DNA of 10,211 nucleotides from Calditrichia bacterium (GCA_050633245.1 JBOEGD010000009.1:343134-353344), one strand, 5' to 3'; numbered from the stretch's first letter, positions 1-7,579 are shown. A program made the numbers and translations. The notes: generated from the sequence alone by a model not told the origin.

Positions 1-21
1 AACATTGGACATTGAACATTG
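1..21. repeat. Heptamer tandem repeat (RACATTG)x3, truncated at the window edge
   Basis: AACATTG (1-7), GACATTG (8-14), AACATTG (15-21), plus a degenerate AACACTG at 35-41. Confidence 0.7.
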
Positions 22-87
22 ACTAATAACTCGCAACACTGAAACGGTGAGAAGTTACCTTATTGCCTTATTCATGCTCCTCATAAT

Positions 88-2658
88 TCAAGATAATAAA
101 TCGCTATTCACCGCTTCCGCTTCACGTCGTTGCTTTAACGCCTCTCTGCTTGGAAACGCCAGAAAGAAAGTTCTCAAAACACCAAGAAGTCTATTTGCAA
201 TTGCCGGCGGACCAAGGATGAATAGATGAAAAAAGAGCCATGAAAAAAAATCTTTACCAAGTCGCGTTGCCCAATAAAACCCAAGTGTTTCTATGCCTGC
301 AATAAAAAAGGCAACTGCTCCCATTGCTGCAGGAATACGAGTGTTTCCGGGCTCAACCTGGTTTAAATACATTTCAAGGTAGAGAAGCGCCTGAACGCCC
401 CAAAGGGCAAGAGTAACAACCAGAACCGTAATTGGCAGCGCATAGTTTAGCGCGTAATCAAAAATTTTAGTAAGAAAATGTTCACTTTTACGATCGCTAA
501 TAAAGTCCAGCGACAGGTGAATGATAACGCCTGCCAAACCAATAAAAATGATTAGCAATAATGCAAGGCTTTCGCTTTCCTCTCGCGTTAGATTCAACAC
601 TGTTTCAAGCACGTGCACGTAAATTGGAAAATATCCGACGATGGCATAGACGCCGAGCAGTGATATGATAACCCCGAACGCCGACGGTATAATCTTTGGC
701 TTAGGCATTTCATCGAACTGGGTGGCCAGATAGTCACTCAATTCACCCGTTGCATCGGTTAGACTATCCAGCATATGAGAAATCGACCGGAAATAGAACT
801 CAAGTAAAACGGCCAGTCCCAATAAAATAAGTCCCCAAATCAGCCAGTGAGCATTTGCACGTAATCCGGCAAGTTGGAGAATGGAAGCCGTAACATGCTC
901 AACGCGAATTACCGGAGAGGTTGCCAGCGCATAACGCGGCAGCTCACTTCCCGAAAGCTTAAGAGACGGTAATGGATCACTCGTTGCAATTGCAACAACA
1001 TCATAGACAGCCTCCGCGGGAATGGCACTTTCATCATCTGGCAAGTCTGAGAAAAAAACGTTGGGTACCTTCCAGGACTTTTTATCCATCAGTGCCGGAC
1101 CGCTAAACTGCCAGGTATCCGAGGCATTTTTTCGAGTACCCACCCAAATATAGTTGTTGCCGGATCGAGAGTTAACAGAGCCGGAAACTGCGGCACGATC
1201 GTTTGGAGGAAGAGCCAGCTTCTCATCGACCTTATGCTCTTCAATCTCCTGAATGCTAAGGGCAAGACGAGACGTGCGAAAGGTGCTTGGCTTCTGTTCA
1301 ACCAGCGTCATTCCTTCAGAAATGGCAAGCGTTTGATTGCGCCACTCTGCATAGCGAATCATTCCGCGCGGCAACGTTGTTGTTGATGCAACTGCGACAA
1401 GACGAAATGTTGAGGTTTGCATCTGACGCAGGCGTTGGCTATGGATCAACGGAAGTCGCCATCCATCGCTCGATAAAATTGCCGGGCCGTGAACCTCCCA
1501 TAAGTCGCTACCTACCGGATTAATGAGCACCCAAACCGATGTCCCTTGTCCAGGACGCTGTAACGTGCCACCAATCTGTAACACTTCCTGCAGACTATCT
1601 AGAATGGTTTGTTCGGCTGCTGCGACAGACTGCGTATCGATAAGCGTTTGAATATAGCCAATTGAAAGCGCGGGATTGGGACGTTCTACAGACGCAACCA
1701 AAGGTTTTACAGACACTTCCGCAGGTTCACTGGTTGCCTTCTTAATTTTCCACCAGTCCTCATAACTAACGGATTTTTCCTTAAATCGTCTATCCGTAAT
1801 CACCGCTGATATTTTAAAACGCGTCCACTGCGGTTCACCGGGATCCGCGATTTCGACATTCTGAACTTCCCACTTAACACCATTTTTTACCGCAGGGCCA
1901 AAAACACGCCAGCGATCGGCAGTTGCTGAGCGAACCATCACATAGATAAACTCGTTATTTGAACTGGTCGTACTATCCGCAGGAGAAATATAGGTGCCGC
2001 TAATTTCGGCAGTCGGCTCGACCACGATCGTTTCAGTTGGCGTTACGGTGGTATGATTTACCGTAGAAAGCCAGACCTGCGTTTGTTTTACATTATTTGG
2101 CATTGCAAAGGGTTTGATCAGCCGCTTGCTGATAGAAACATAAACCGGATCGGAGATAGCCAGAGCATCCCGTTGCCATTCAGCGGCGTCGAGGAACGGT
2201 TTTGTCGGTGAACGTCGCATAACCGCTGCGCGAATGGTAAATCGACGCCCCTGATAAATTCCTTCACCGAATTGCACGCCATGCGCAACCCACGAACCGG
2301 TAGCTTCACGATTCGCGCGACCATAAGCCCACCATTTATTGGCAGCACGATCATGCACAAATACCCAAATATTGAGTGCGGCCTCAACAATTCCCCAGAC
2401 ATCTACACGAACGTCTTCTCCAGCGCTCTCATCAAATGATTCCAAGCTCACATAATTACGCTCGACTCCGTCCGTTTCAGGACTTAAATATTCACCACCT
2501 AACCAACGAATGGAAACAGCTGCATTTTCCAGACCTAACAAATGAGTTGATTCTTCCACTGCATTGATATCATCTGGTGGATTTATCTCATTTTGCGCCA
2601 GCAATGCCGGGGCGATCAGTAGAAAAGCTAAAAGCGTTATTAAACTGCGCATAAGCAT
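88..2658 (-). CDS. Uncharacterised membrane protein: signal peptide, four tandem beta-rich repeat domains, C-terminal 5-6 TM domain
   Basis: 856 aa ORF. The N-terminus MLMRSLITLLAFLLIAPALLA-Q looks like a Sec/SPI signal peptide (the start could be the M3 ATG at 2652). Repeats at about aa 46-178, 193-319, 329-455 and 465-588 have cores IWVFV..WWAYGRA..W, IYVMV..WRVFGPA..W, VWVLI..WEVHGPA..W and IWVGT..WQFSGPA..W. Hydrophobic segments lie at about aa 605-624, 656-680, 698-717, 739-761, 775-797 and 804-830. Confidence 0.9.
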   Translation of the reverse strand: MLMRSLITLLAFLLIAPALLAQNEINPPDDINAVEESTHLLGLENAAVSIRWLGGEYLSPETDGVERNYVSLESFDESAGEDVRVDVWGIVEAALNIWVFVHDRAANKWWAYGRANREATGSWVAHGVQFGEGIYQGRRFTIRAAVMRRSPTKPFLDAAEWQRDALAISDPVYVSISKRLIKPFAMPNNVKQTQVWLSTVNHTTVTPTETIVVEPTAEISGTYISPADSTTSSNNEFIYVMVRSATADRWRVFGPAVKNGVKWEVQNVEIADPGEPQWTRFKISAVITDRRFKEKSVSYEDWWKIKKATSEPAEVSVKPLVASVERPNPALSIGYIQTLIDTQSVAAAEQTILDSLQEVLQIGGTLQRPGQGTSVWVLINPVGSDLWEVHGPAILSSDGWRLPLIHSQRLRQMQTSTFRLVAVASTTTLPRGMIRYAEWRNQTLAISEGMTLVEQKPSTFRTSRLALSIQEIEEHKVDEKLALPPNDRAAVSGSVNSRSGNNYIWVGTRKNASDTWQFSGPALMDKKSWKVPNVFFSDLPDDESAIPAEAVYDVVAIATSDPLPSLKLSGSELPRYALATSPVIRVEHVTASILQLAGLRANAHWLIWGLILLGLAVLLEFYFRSISHMLDSLTDATGELSDYLATQFDEMPKPKIIPSAFGVIISLLGVYAIVGYFPIYVHVLETVLNLTREESESLALLLIIFIGLAGVIIHLSLDFISDRKSEHFLTKIFDYALNYALPITVLVVTLALWGVQALLYLEMYLNQVEPGNTRIPAAMGAVAFFIAGIETLGFYWATRLGKDFFSWLFFHLFILGPPAIANRLLGVLRTFFLAFPSREALKQRREAEAVNSDLLS

Positions 2659-2672
2659 CTTTCGGTTATGAA

Positions 2673-4298
2673 TTAGTCTACAACCCGAATATGTATCCGC
2701 CCGGAAGCGGCGATAATATCTTTTTGTTCTTCAACAGTCAAATTCGTTACGGGCGATTTAGAAACCACCGCCATAAGGATGTAGCGATCTCCATCTTTGC
2801 CCAGAGTAACCGGCGGCATTTCCCAGTTATGGCGTCCCTTTAGCCCGGCCTGACCGACCAGCTTCCAGGAAAGGCGTTCGCTGTCGCGCATTTTTAAAAT
2901 CCATACCCGATCATTCTTGCCCAATGGCCTTCCGGTAACTGTTCCACGAACCGAGCTAACCTGATACACATCGATCGCTTCGGCTTGTTTCGCCGCCCGA
3001 TTATCAATAGAGCTGATAGTCACCTGCATCGGCGGAGCTTCATTTAGCCTAAGAGATATTTGCCTGGAGAAAGCCAGGCTTTGCTCAACCTGCTTATTGC
3101 TAAGTGCATCAATTTCTTCTTTTGCAACAATAGAAATTAGCTTTACATAATCACCGGGCTTACCGAGTTGTTGAGGAGATAGCTCCCAATAGCGTTGCGA
3201 GGTAACTGTTGCCCGTCCGACCGCACGCCAGCGGGATGCTTCATACTGATCGGAGACTAAAATCCAAACGGCCTCATCCGTGCGAAGTGTGCGTCCGGTC
3301 AGCTTGCCGCGAATTCCGCTTCGCGCACTCACCTTCCACTCCTGACCGGGAAGAACTGAGGAATTATCAATAGAGAGAAAACGAAGAGCCAGCTGGTTTT
3401 TTGAAGGAGGAACCTCAATACGCGTGACTGAAACCACCGGTGAGGAACTGCTGATGTGGGTTTTTAAATACTCACTCCAGCGATAGAGCGTAATTGGCGT
3501 GCCAACCGGAATCTCCTCACGAATTATAATGGCGAATACCGAGAACTCGGTTTCATCTTCAAATCCATTCGAAACAAAATCGGCCTTTGCTACCCAGCGA
3601 CTGTCGCGGACTAATGGTTCGTCTTCCATTACCCAATAATTTTCAGCATTAACCGGACTGATCACCAAACGAATGTTGCTATTGGTGGGTTTACGAAACT
3701 CTCCGGAGAATATAGACTTTAATCCAACCTCGTGAACTTTCCCGGGTGTAAACGACTGATTGTCAACACGTGATATGCGAACTCTGGGCGTTACAAAAAA
3801 CTGTGCTGGAATGGACGGGCGTCGTTTTACGGCTTTTTTATCGGATATAGCGATACTCGCAAACTGCATCGATCGATAATCCATTGCGCCTTCCGGCAAC
3901 AGCCGATCTGGCTGAACAGCGAAAACCACGACTTCAAGATCTTTTCGCGAATCGAAGGCGCTGCCCAGTTCAGCTGAAGCAAACTGCCAGCGCTTCGTTA
4001 CCTCAGGCTGCGCTAGTAAAATGGTTTCTCGCGAAATCCACCAGGTTTCATCACCCAAACGATGCCATGCTAACTGTAGAACCAATGGACCGGTTGTATC
4101 ACCGGCGATATCAATCTGGCCACTTACCTGTTCAATAGCCTCGACGGGCGAGCCCGGCAGTTTACTTTTGCCAATCATGCTAATTTGGATATGGACAAGC
4201 GGCTTCGAGGAAGTTGGATTTGCGTCTGCTGAGAAGGAAATAAAAATCAAAAAGATCAGAGTAGCAGGAAACAATGTGGTTCTGCGTAAAAAAGGCAT
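2673..4298 (-). CDS. Uncharacterised secreted protein made of four tandem beta-rich repeat domains, paralogous to the ectodomain of 88-2658
   Basis: 541 aa ORF with signal peptide MPFLRRTTLFPATLIFLIFISFSADA (A-x-A site). Repeats at about aa 35-160, 171-295, 303-420 and 424-541. No TM segment after the signal peptide. It stops 14 nt before the start of 88-2658. Confidence 0.9.
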   Translation of the reverse strand: MPFLRRTTLFPATLIFLIFISFSADANPTSSKPLVHIQISMIGKSKLPGSPVEAIEQVSGQIDIAGDTTGPLVLQLAWHRLGDETWWISRETILLAQPEVTKRWQFASAELGSAFDSRKDLEVVVFAVQPDRLLPEGAMDYRSMQFASIAISDKKAVKRRPSIPAQFFVTPRVRISRVDNQSFTPGKVHEVGLKSIFSGEFRKPTNSNIRLVISPVNAENYWVMEDEPLVRDSRWVAKADFVSNGFEDETEFSVFAIIIREEIPVGTPITLYRWSEYLKTHISSSSPVVSVTRIEVPPSKNQLALRFLSIDNSSVLPGQEWKVSARSGIRGKLTGRTLRTDEAVWILVSDQYEASRWRAVGRATVTSQRYWELSPQQLGKPGDYVKLISIVAKEEIDALSNKQVEQSLAFSRQISLRLNEAPPMQVTISSIDNRAAKQAEAIDVYQVSSVRGTVTGRPLGKNDRVWILKMRDSERLSWKLVGQAGLKGRHNWEMPPVTLGKDGDRYILMAVVSKSPVTNLTVEEQKDIIAASGRIHIRVVD

Positions 4299-4429
4299 CG
4301 TGATTTTGGATAGCGGTTGAACGATTTCCCAGTGCCGGATAAACCGACACTCTTCGAAACATACGTCTAAACCAAAACCTTCGGCGCTATGCGCATCACG
4401 ATTTTTGCGGGATGTTTTTTAAAAGAAAT

Positions 4430-5551
4430 TTACTGAGGAAAGAGAAACTCCATCGGGCGCCATAGACGCTTTGCCCAGGCTCCCTCAGAATGGCTGCCGA
4501 ATTCATCTCTGTAGAAACAGAAGTTCTGACTTTCACGAATCTTCTTGCGACGAAGAATCCGCAATACCTTTCGGCATCCTTTCATCAACAATTTTTCTCC
4601 GCCAACGCCACCACAGTCTATATAAAGTCGCATATCTGTTGGCGTCGGCATTTTTTTGAGCCACCTAATCATCTCATTTCGATTAAAAATAAATGAGGGC
4701 GACATACAGGCAGCTTTTCCAAACACATTGGGATATTGCCAAACTGCCAGAAAGGAAATTAATCCACCCATGGAAGACCCCATGATAGCGGTATGTTCGG
4801 GCCCGCTCATGGTGCGATATGTTTTATCGATTAGCGGTTTGGCAACTTCTGTAAGGAACGCTAAATACAACTTCCCCTTGGGACTCAGGGAATATTCCTG
4901 CAATCGTTCTGCGCTGGCACAGTTGTAAACCGCAACGATAATTGGTGCCTGTATGCGATTTTCAGTTATCAGGCGAGTCGCCATTTTATCGGCTTCCCAA
5001 GCAACTCCGGTATAAGATGTATTTGAGTCGAATACATTCTGACCGTCGTGGATATAAAGCACCGGGTAGCGTTGATCAGGATTATCATCATATCCGGGCG
5101 GCAGCCAAACCAGCAGATCGCGTTTGTCCAGGCCACTGAATTCGAGGTCTCGATGAAAATGACGAGTGCCGGAGTCTTTCTCAGATACCGGAGGCTCATC
5201 TTGTTTCCTGGAATCTTCATTGAATAGATCGAGCCAGTTAAACACAGACATCTCAATAATTGCGTCACCGGATAACTTCATCTCATAATTCATGAGGTTT
5301 TTTCCAGACTCATCAACCGCTTCAGACTCCCATCCACCGCGCGTCAACTTAAACTCTATTTCGGTATTACGCGGCAAAGAGAAATCTCCCTTCCAACTTC
5401 CATCTTCCTGGGGAGAGAGTTCTACTCGCGTCGGATCCCACTCGCCAAATAGCACATGATTTCCGACAATATATATTTTTTCACCTTCAGGAAGCGCTTT
5501 AGGTCGAACTCGCACGCTAAGCTGACGTTTTCGTTTTCTAAACAGAAACAT
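4430..5551 (-). CDS. CBM20 (starch-binding-like) domain + alpha/beta-hydrolase putative esterase, no signal peptide
   Basis: N-terminal CBM20-like pattern GEKIYIVGNHVLFGEWDP...DGSW...IEFKLTRGGW. The esterase domain has LLVWLPPGY, RYPVLYIHDGQN, nucleophile elbow GSSMGG, LYIDCG and C-terminal His in HSEGAW (putative esterase PF00756-type). Confidence 0.88.
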   Translation of the reverse strand: MFLFRKRKRQLSVRVRPKALPEGEKIYIVGNHVLFGEWDPTRVELSPQEDGSWKGDFSLPRNTEIEFKLTRGGWESEAVDESGKNLMNYEMKLSGDAIIEMSVFNWLDLFNEDSRKQDEPPVSEKDSGTRHFHRDLEFSGLDKRDLLVWLPPGYDDNPDQRYPVLYIHDGQNVFDSNTSYTGVAWEADKMATRLITENRIQAPIIVAVYNCASAERLQEYSLSPKGKLYLAFLTEVAKPLIDKTYRTMSGPEHTAIMGSSMGGLISFLAVWQYPNVFGKAACMSPSFIFNRNEMIRWLKKMPTPTDMRLYIDCGGVGGEKLLMKGCRKVLRILRRKKIRESQNFCFYRDEFGSHSEGAWAKRLWRPMEFLFPQ

Positions 5552-5571
5552 AATTTTTCCAACATTATTTC

Positions 5572-5612
5572 AACAAAAGCAAAACCCGACGTTTATTAGA
5601 ATCGTCGGGTTT
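5572..5612 (-). terminator. Probable intrinsic (rho-independent) terminator downstream of 5677-6819
   Basis: Perfect 10-bp inverted repeat AAACCCGACG (5582-5591) / CGTCGGGTTT (5603-5612). On the minus strand the stem runs into TTTTGCTTTTGTT. Confidence 0.7.
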
Positions 5613-5676
5613 CGTTGGGCGAATATGTTGTATGAATTCTTAAAAATCAATCTATTCTCAAAAAAAACGGCCTTTG

Positions 5677-6819
5677 TTAATTTTGACCAAACATAAATAA
5701 CAGAGGCTCGTGCAACCGCTCTGCCCATGCCTTTTCGGTATGTAATGCCTTCGGGTAAAGCTTCCAGAAGACTTCAGATTCGTCATAGCCAATCTCTTTA
5801 AGTGCAGAAAGCATAGCATCGCAACCCGGTTGGAGCTTTTTTTCAAGCCCCTCACCGCCATTGTCTATATACAACCGCATTGGTTTTTTATTCCCCGAAT
5901 AATTGCTTACCTGAGTTACAGAGTTAACGCCTTTGTAGATAAATGCCGGTGATAAACAGCCTGCAACCGAGAACACATCACTGTGATGCCAAATTGCCAG
6001 GAAAGAAATTAGTCCGCCCATGGAAGATCCCATCACGGCGGTATTTTCCCTGTCCGGGAGTGTGCGATACGTTTCATCGATCATTGGTTTTAGCTGTTCG
6101 GTAAGAAAGCGCAGATACATTTTTCCCTTTTTAGTAGTAGAGTACTCAATACTTCTATCTCCGGTATTGTCTACTCCCACAACAATGATGGGGGAAATAT
6201 GATTCGCTCTAATAAGACTATCAGCAACCTCATCAACTCGCCATTCTTCATGATTGAACGAAAACGCCGGCGAAAAGATATTCTGTCCATCATGCATGTA
6301 TAGAACCGGATAGCGCTGGGTTTCAGAGTCGTAACCTGGGGGCAGCCACACTCGCACAGTGCGCTCTAATAAGCCTTCGGGAACGATATTATGGTGATAG
6401 CGAACGTCTCCGACGATGTCTTCAGGGTTTTCAATTACATCAATAGAGATTTGGTCGCGCCAGGTATGTACAGACACTTCCAGTGTAGTATCTCTTAACA
6501 CGCGAACCTTCAGATTCCCCGGAATGGTCTTACCGTCGTATACTGCCTCATTATTCCACGAACCCCGCGTAAGCTTAAACTCCAACACGGTGCTTTCAGG
6601 ATAGGCATGTTTAAATTGCCAATCGCCATTGTCCAGCTGCAAAAGCGCTACTTTATCAGCTTCCCACAGACCTAATGAAGAGTCGCTTCCGGTTATATAG
6701 ACAGTCTCGCCTTCTTCCAGGGAAGGCGTTTGAACGCGAATTGTCAGGGTGGGGTTTGATGGCGCGGTTTCACATGCGCCCAGAAGGTAAAGGCTTAAGA
6801 CGAGAAAGATTTTCTTCAT
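5677..6819 (-). CDS. Lipoprotein with CBM20 domain + alpha/beta-hydrolase putative esterase
   Basis: MKKIFLVLSLYLLGA-C16 lipobox. CBM20-like GETVYITGSDSSLGLWEA...NGDW...LEFKLTRGSW. Esterase motifs VWLPPGY, RYPVLYMHDGQN, GSSMGG, LYIDNG and HTEKAW. AGGAGG lies 6 nt upstream of the ATG. Confidence 0.9.
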   Translation of the reverse strand: MKKIFLVLSLYLLGACETAPSNPTLTIRVQTPSLEEGETVYITGSDSSLGLWEADKVALLQLDNGDWQFKHAYPESTVLEFKLTRGSWNNEAVYDGKTIPGNLKVRVLRDTTLEVSVHTWRDQISIDVIENPEDIVGDVRYHHNIVPEGLLERTVRVWLPPGYDSETQRYPVLYMHDGQNIFSPAFSFNHEEWRVDEVADSLIRANHISPIIVVGVDNTGDRSIEYSTTKKGKMYLRFLTEQLKPMIDETYRTLPDRENTAVMGSSMGGLISFLAIWHHSDVFSVAGCLSPAFIYKGVNSVTQVSNYSGNKKPMRLYIDNGGEGLEKKLQPGCDAMLSALKEIGYDESEVFWKLYPKALHTEKAWAERLHEPLLFMFGQN

Positions 6820-6825
6820 GAGATG

Positions 6826-6831
6826 CCTCCT
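6826..6831 (-). promoter_or_regulatory. Shine-Dalgarno site (AGGAGG) of the lipoprotein esterase
   Basis: The minus strand reads TTTTAGGAGGCATCTC-ATG. Confidence 0.8.
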
Positions 6832-6881
6832 AAAACAGGCTATTATTTGGCTACCGCCAATCTTAGGCTGAGGCAGCCTTG

Positions 6882-7382
6882 CTACTGTCCGGCAGTGCGT
6901 CTCGGACGCGGTTTTTTTAACTTCTTCCCGTATTTCAGAAAGTAGTTAATTGATCGCTCCCACCATTTCATAAATGAAATAAAGTGTTTTTCGGTGTATC
7001 CCTGAATAAAATCATTTCCCTCTTCATTCAGAGCAGTAAAACGATATGTTACATAGACATTTGTAAAGCCGGGGCGACGCTCGAGCTCCATGTATACTTT
7101 GCCGATCCAACGCTGCGGCGTAACGCGTACGAACTCAATTATAAAGCTTTCCGCATCATGTTTGGAAATAACCCAAACGGCATCTTTTTCACCAATACTT
7201 CGCGACTTGAAGACACAGCCTTCCTCCGCAAAACCGCTTTTTGAGAATACCATTTCGTATTCCCAGCCGTCCAGCCACTCTGCCTGGCGAACGGGACAAA
7301 GCAATGGGAAAATCTGCTCGGGAGGAGCTTTTACGTTTTGTATGTAGGTGCGGGTAACCCGCTTTGCACTAAACTCTGCCAT
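6882..7382 (-). CDS. SRPBCC/START-like (Bet v1-like) fold hypothetical protein
   Basis: The N-terminal pattern TYIQNVKAPPEQIFPLLCPVRQAEWLDGW and the C-terminal helix FMKWWERSINYFLKYG fit SRPBCC-superfamily proteins. I moved the start from the ORF-track GTG (7406) to the ATG at 7382 (166 aa), because that ATG is preceded by AATAAGGAACCA (SD-like). Confidence 0.75.
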   Translation of the reverse strand: MAEFSAKRVTRTYIQNVKAPPEQIFPLLCPVRQAEWLDGWEYEMVFSKSGFAEEGCVFKSRSIGEKDAVWVISKHDAESFIIEFVRVTPQRWIGKVYMELERRPGFTNVYVTYRFTALNEEGNDFIQGYTEKHFISFMKWWERSINYFLKYGKKLKKPRPRRTAGQ

Positions 7383-7421
7383 TGGTTCCTTATTCGTGTT
7401 CAACACACTATAAAGCAGAAC

Positions 7422-7450
7422 AGTATACTTGAATTTGCGGTAATAGACAA
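7422..7450 (-). promoter_or_regulatory. Putative sigma70-type promoter for the SRPBCC gene
   Basis: Minus strand TTGTCT (7450-7445) - 17 nt - TATACT (7427-7422). Confidence 0.5.
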
Positions 7451-7457
7451 TCTACAG

Positions 7458-7496
7458 CAATCATTTTCAGAAGTTACATTCCTGAAAATCCGATTG
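7458..7496. promoter_or_regulatory. Inverted repeat in the divergent intergenic region, possible operator
   Basis: ATTTTCAG (7463-7470) - 11 nt - CTGAAAAT (7482-7489), flanked by CAATC (7458-7462) and GATTG (7492-7496). Confidence 0.4.
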
Positions 7497-7579
7497 TATT
7501 TTGTATACTGTAAATATTCTCAAACTTCTAACAGGCTTTTCCGTAAGTGAATAGAAACAATTAACCCTGCGAATGCACC

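Noticed and set aside
55-84. 9-codon minus-strand micro-ORF (MRSMNKAIR) right after the 856 aa stop, containing GAGGAG
   Set aside because: The SD-like motif is only 1 nt from the next ATG and the frame closes at once. There is not enough evidence for a peptide or a decayed third gene.
47-229. 60 aa plus-strand ORF with a signal-peptide-like start (MRSYLIALFMLLII)
   Set aside because: It is mostly antisense to the 3' end of the 856 aa gene, has a GTG start without a clear SD, and shows no recognisable motif.
4297-4402. Possible structured leader or riboswitch upstream of the 541 aa gene (8-bp ATCGTGAT/ATCACGAT pair covering the start codon, plus a 7-bp GTGTCGG/CCGGCAC hairpin)
   Set aside because: The stems are short enough to occur by chance and I recognise no riboswitch consensus. 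An Rfam/Infernal search or covariation analysis would be needed.
6847-6879. Two tiny hairpins (TTGGC/GCCAA and AGGCTG/CAGCCT) between the SRPBCC and esterase genes
   Set aside because: The stems are only 5-6 bp with no U-tract, so they are not convincing terminators.
7383-7406. GTG start at 7406 for the SRPBCC-like gene
   Set aside because: The ATG at 7382 has an SD-like AAGGA and fits the predicted promoter better.
1089-7550. Short alternative-frame or antisense ORFs of 60-99 aa in the ORF track (e.g. 1089-1301, 1287-1523, 2118-2402, 3884-4138, 4021-4320, 4656-4928, 4969-5268, 6984-7244, 7338-7550)
   Set aside because: They overlap longer, motif-supported genes or the promoter region and have no recognisable features; they are most likely shadow ORFs.
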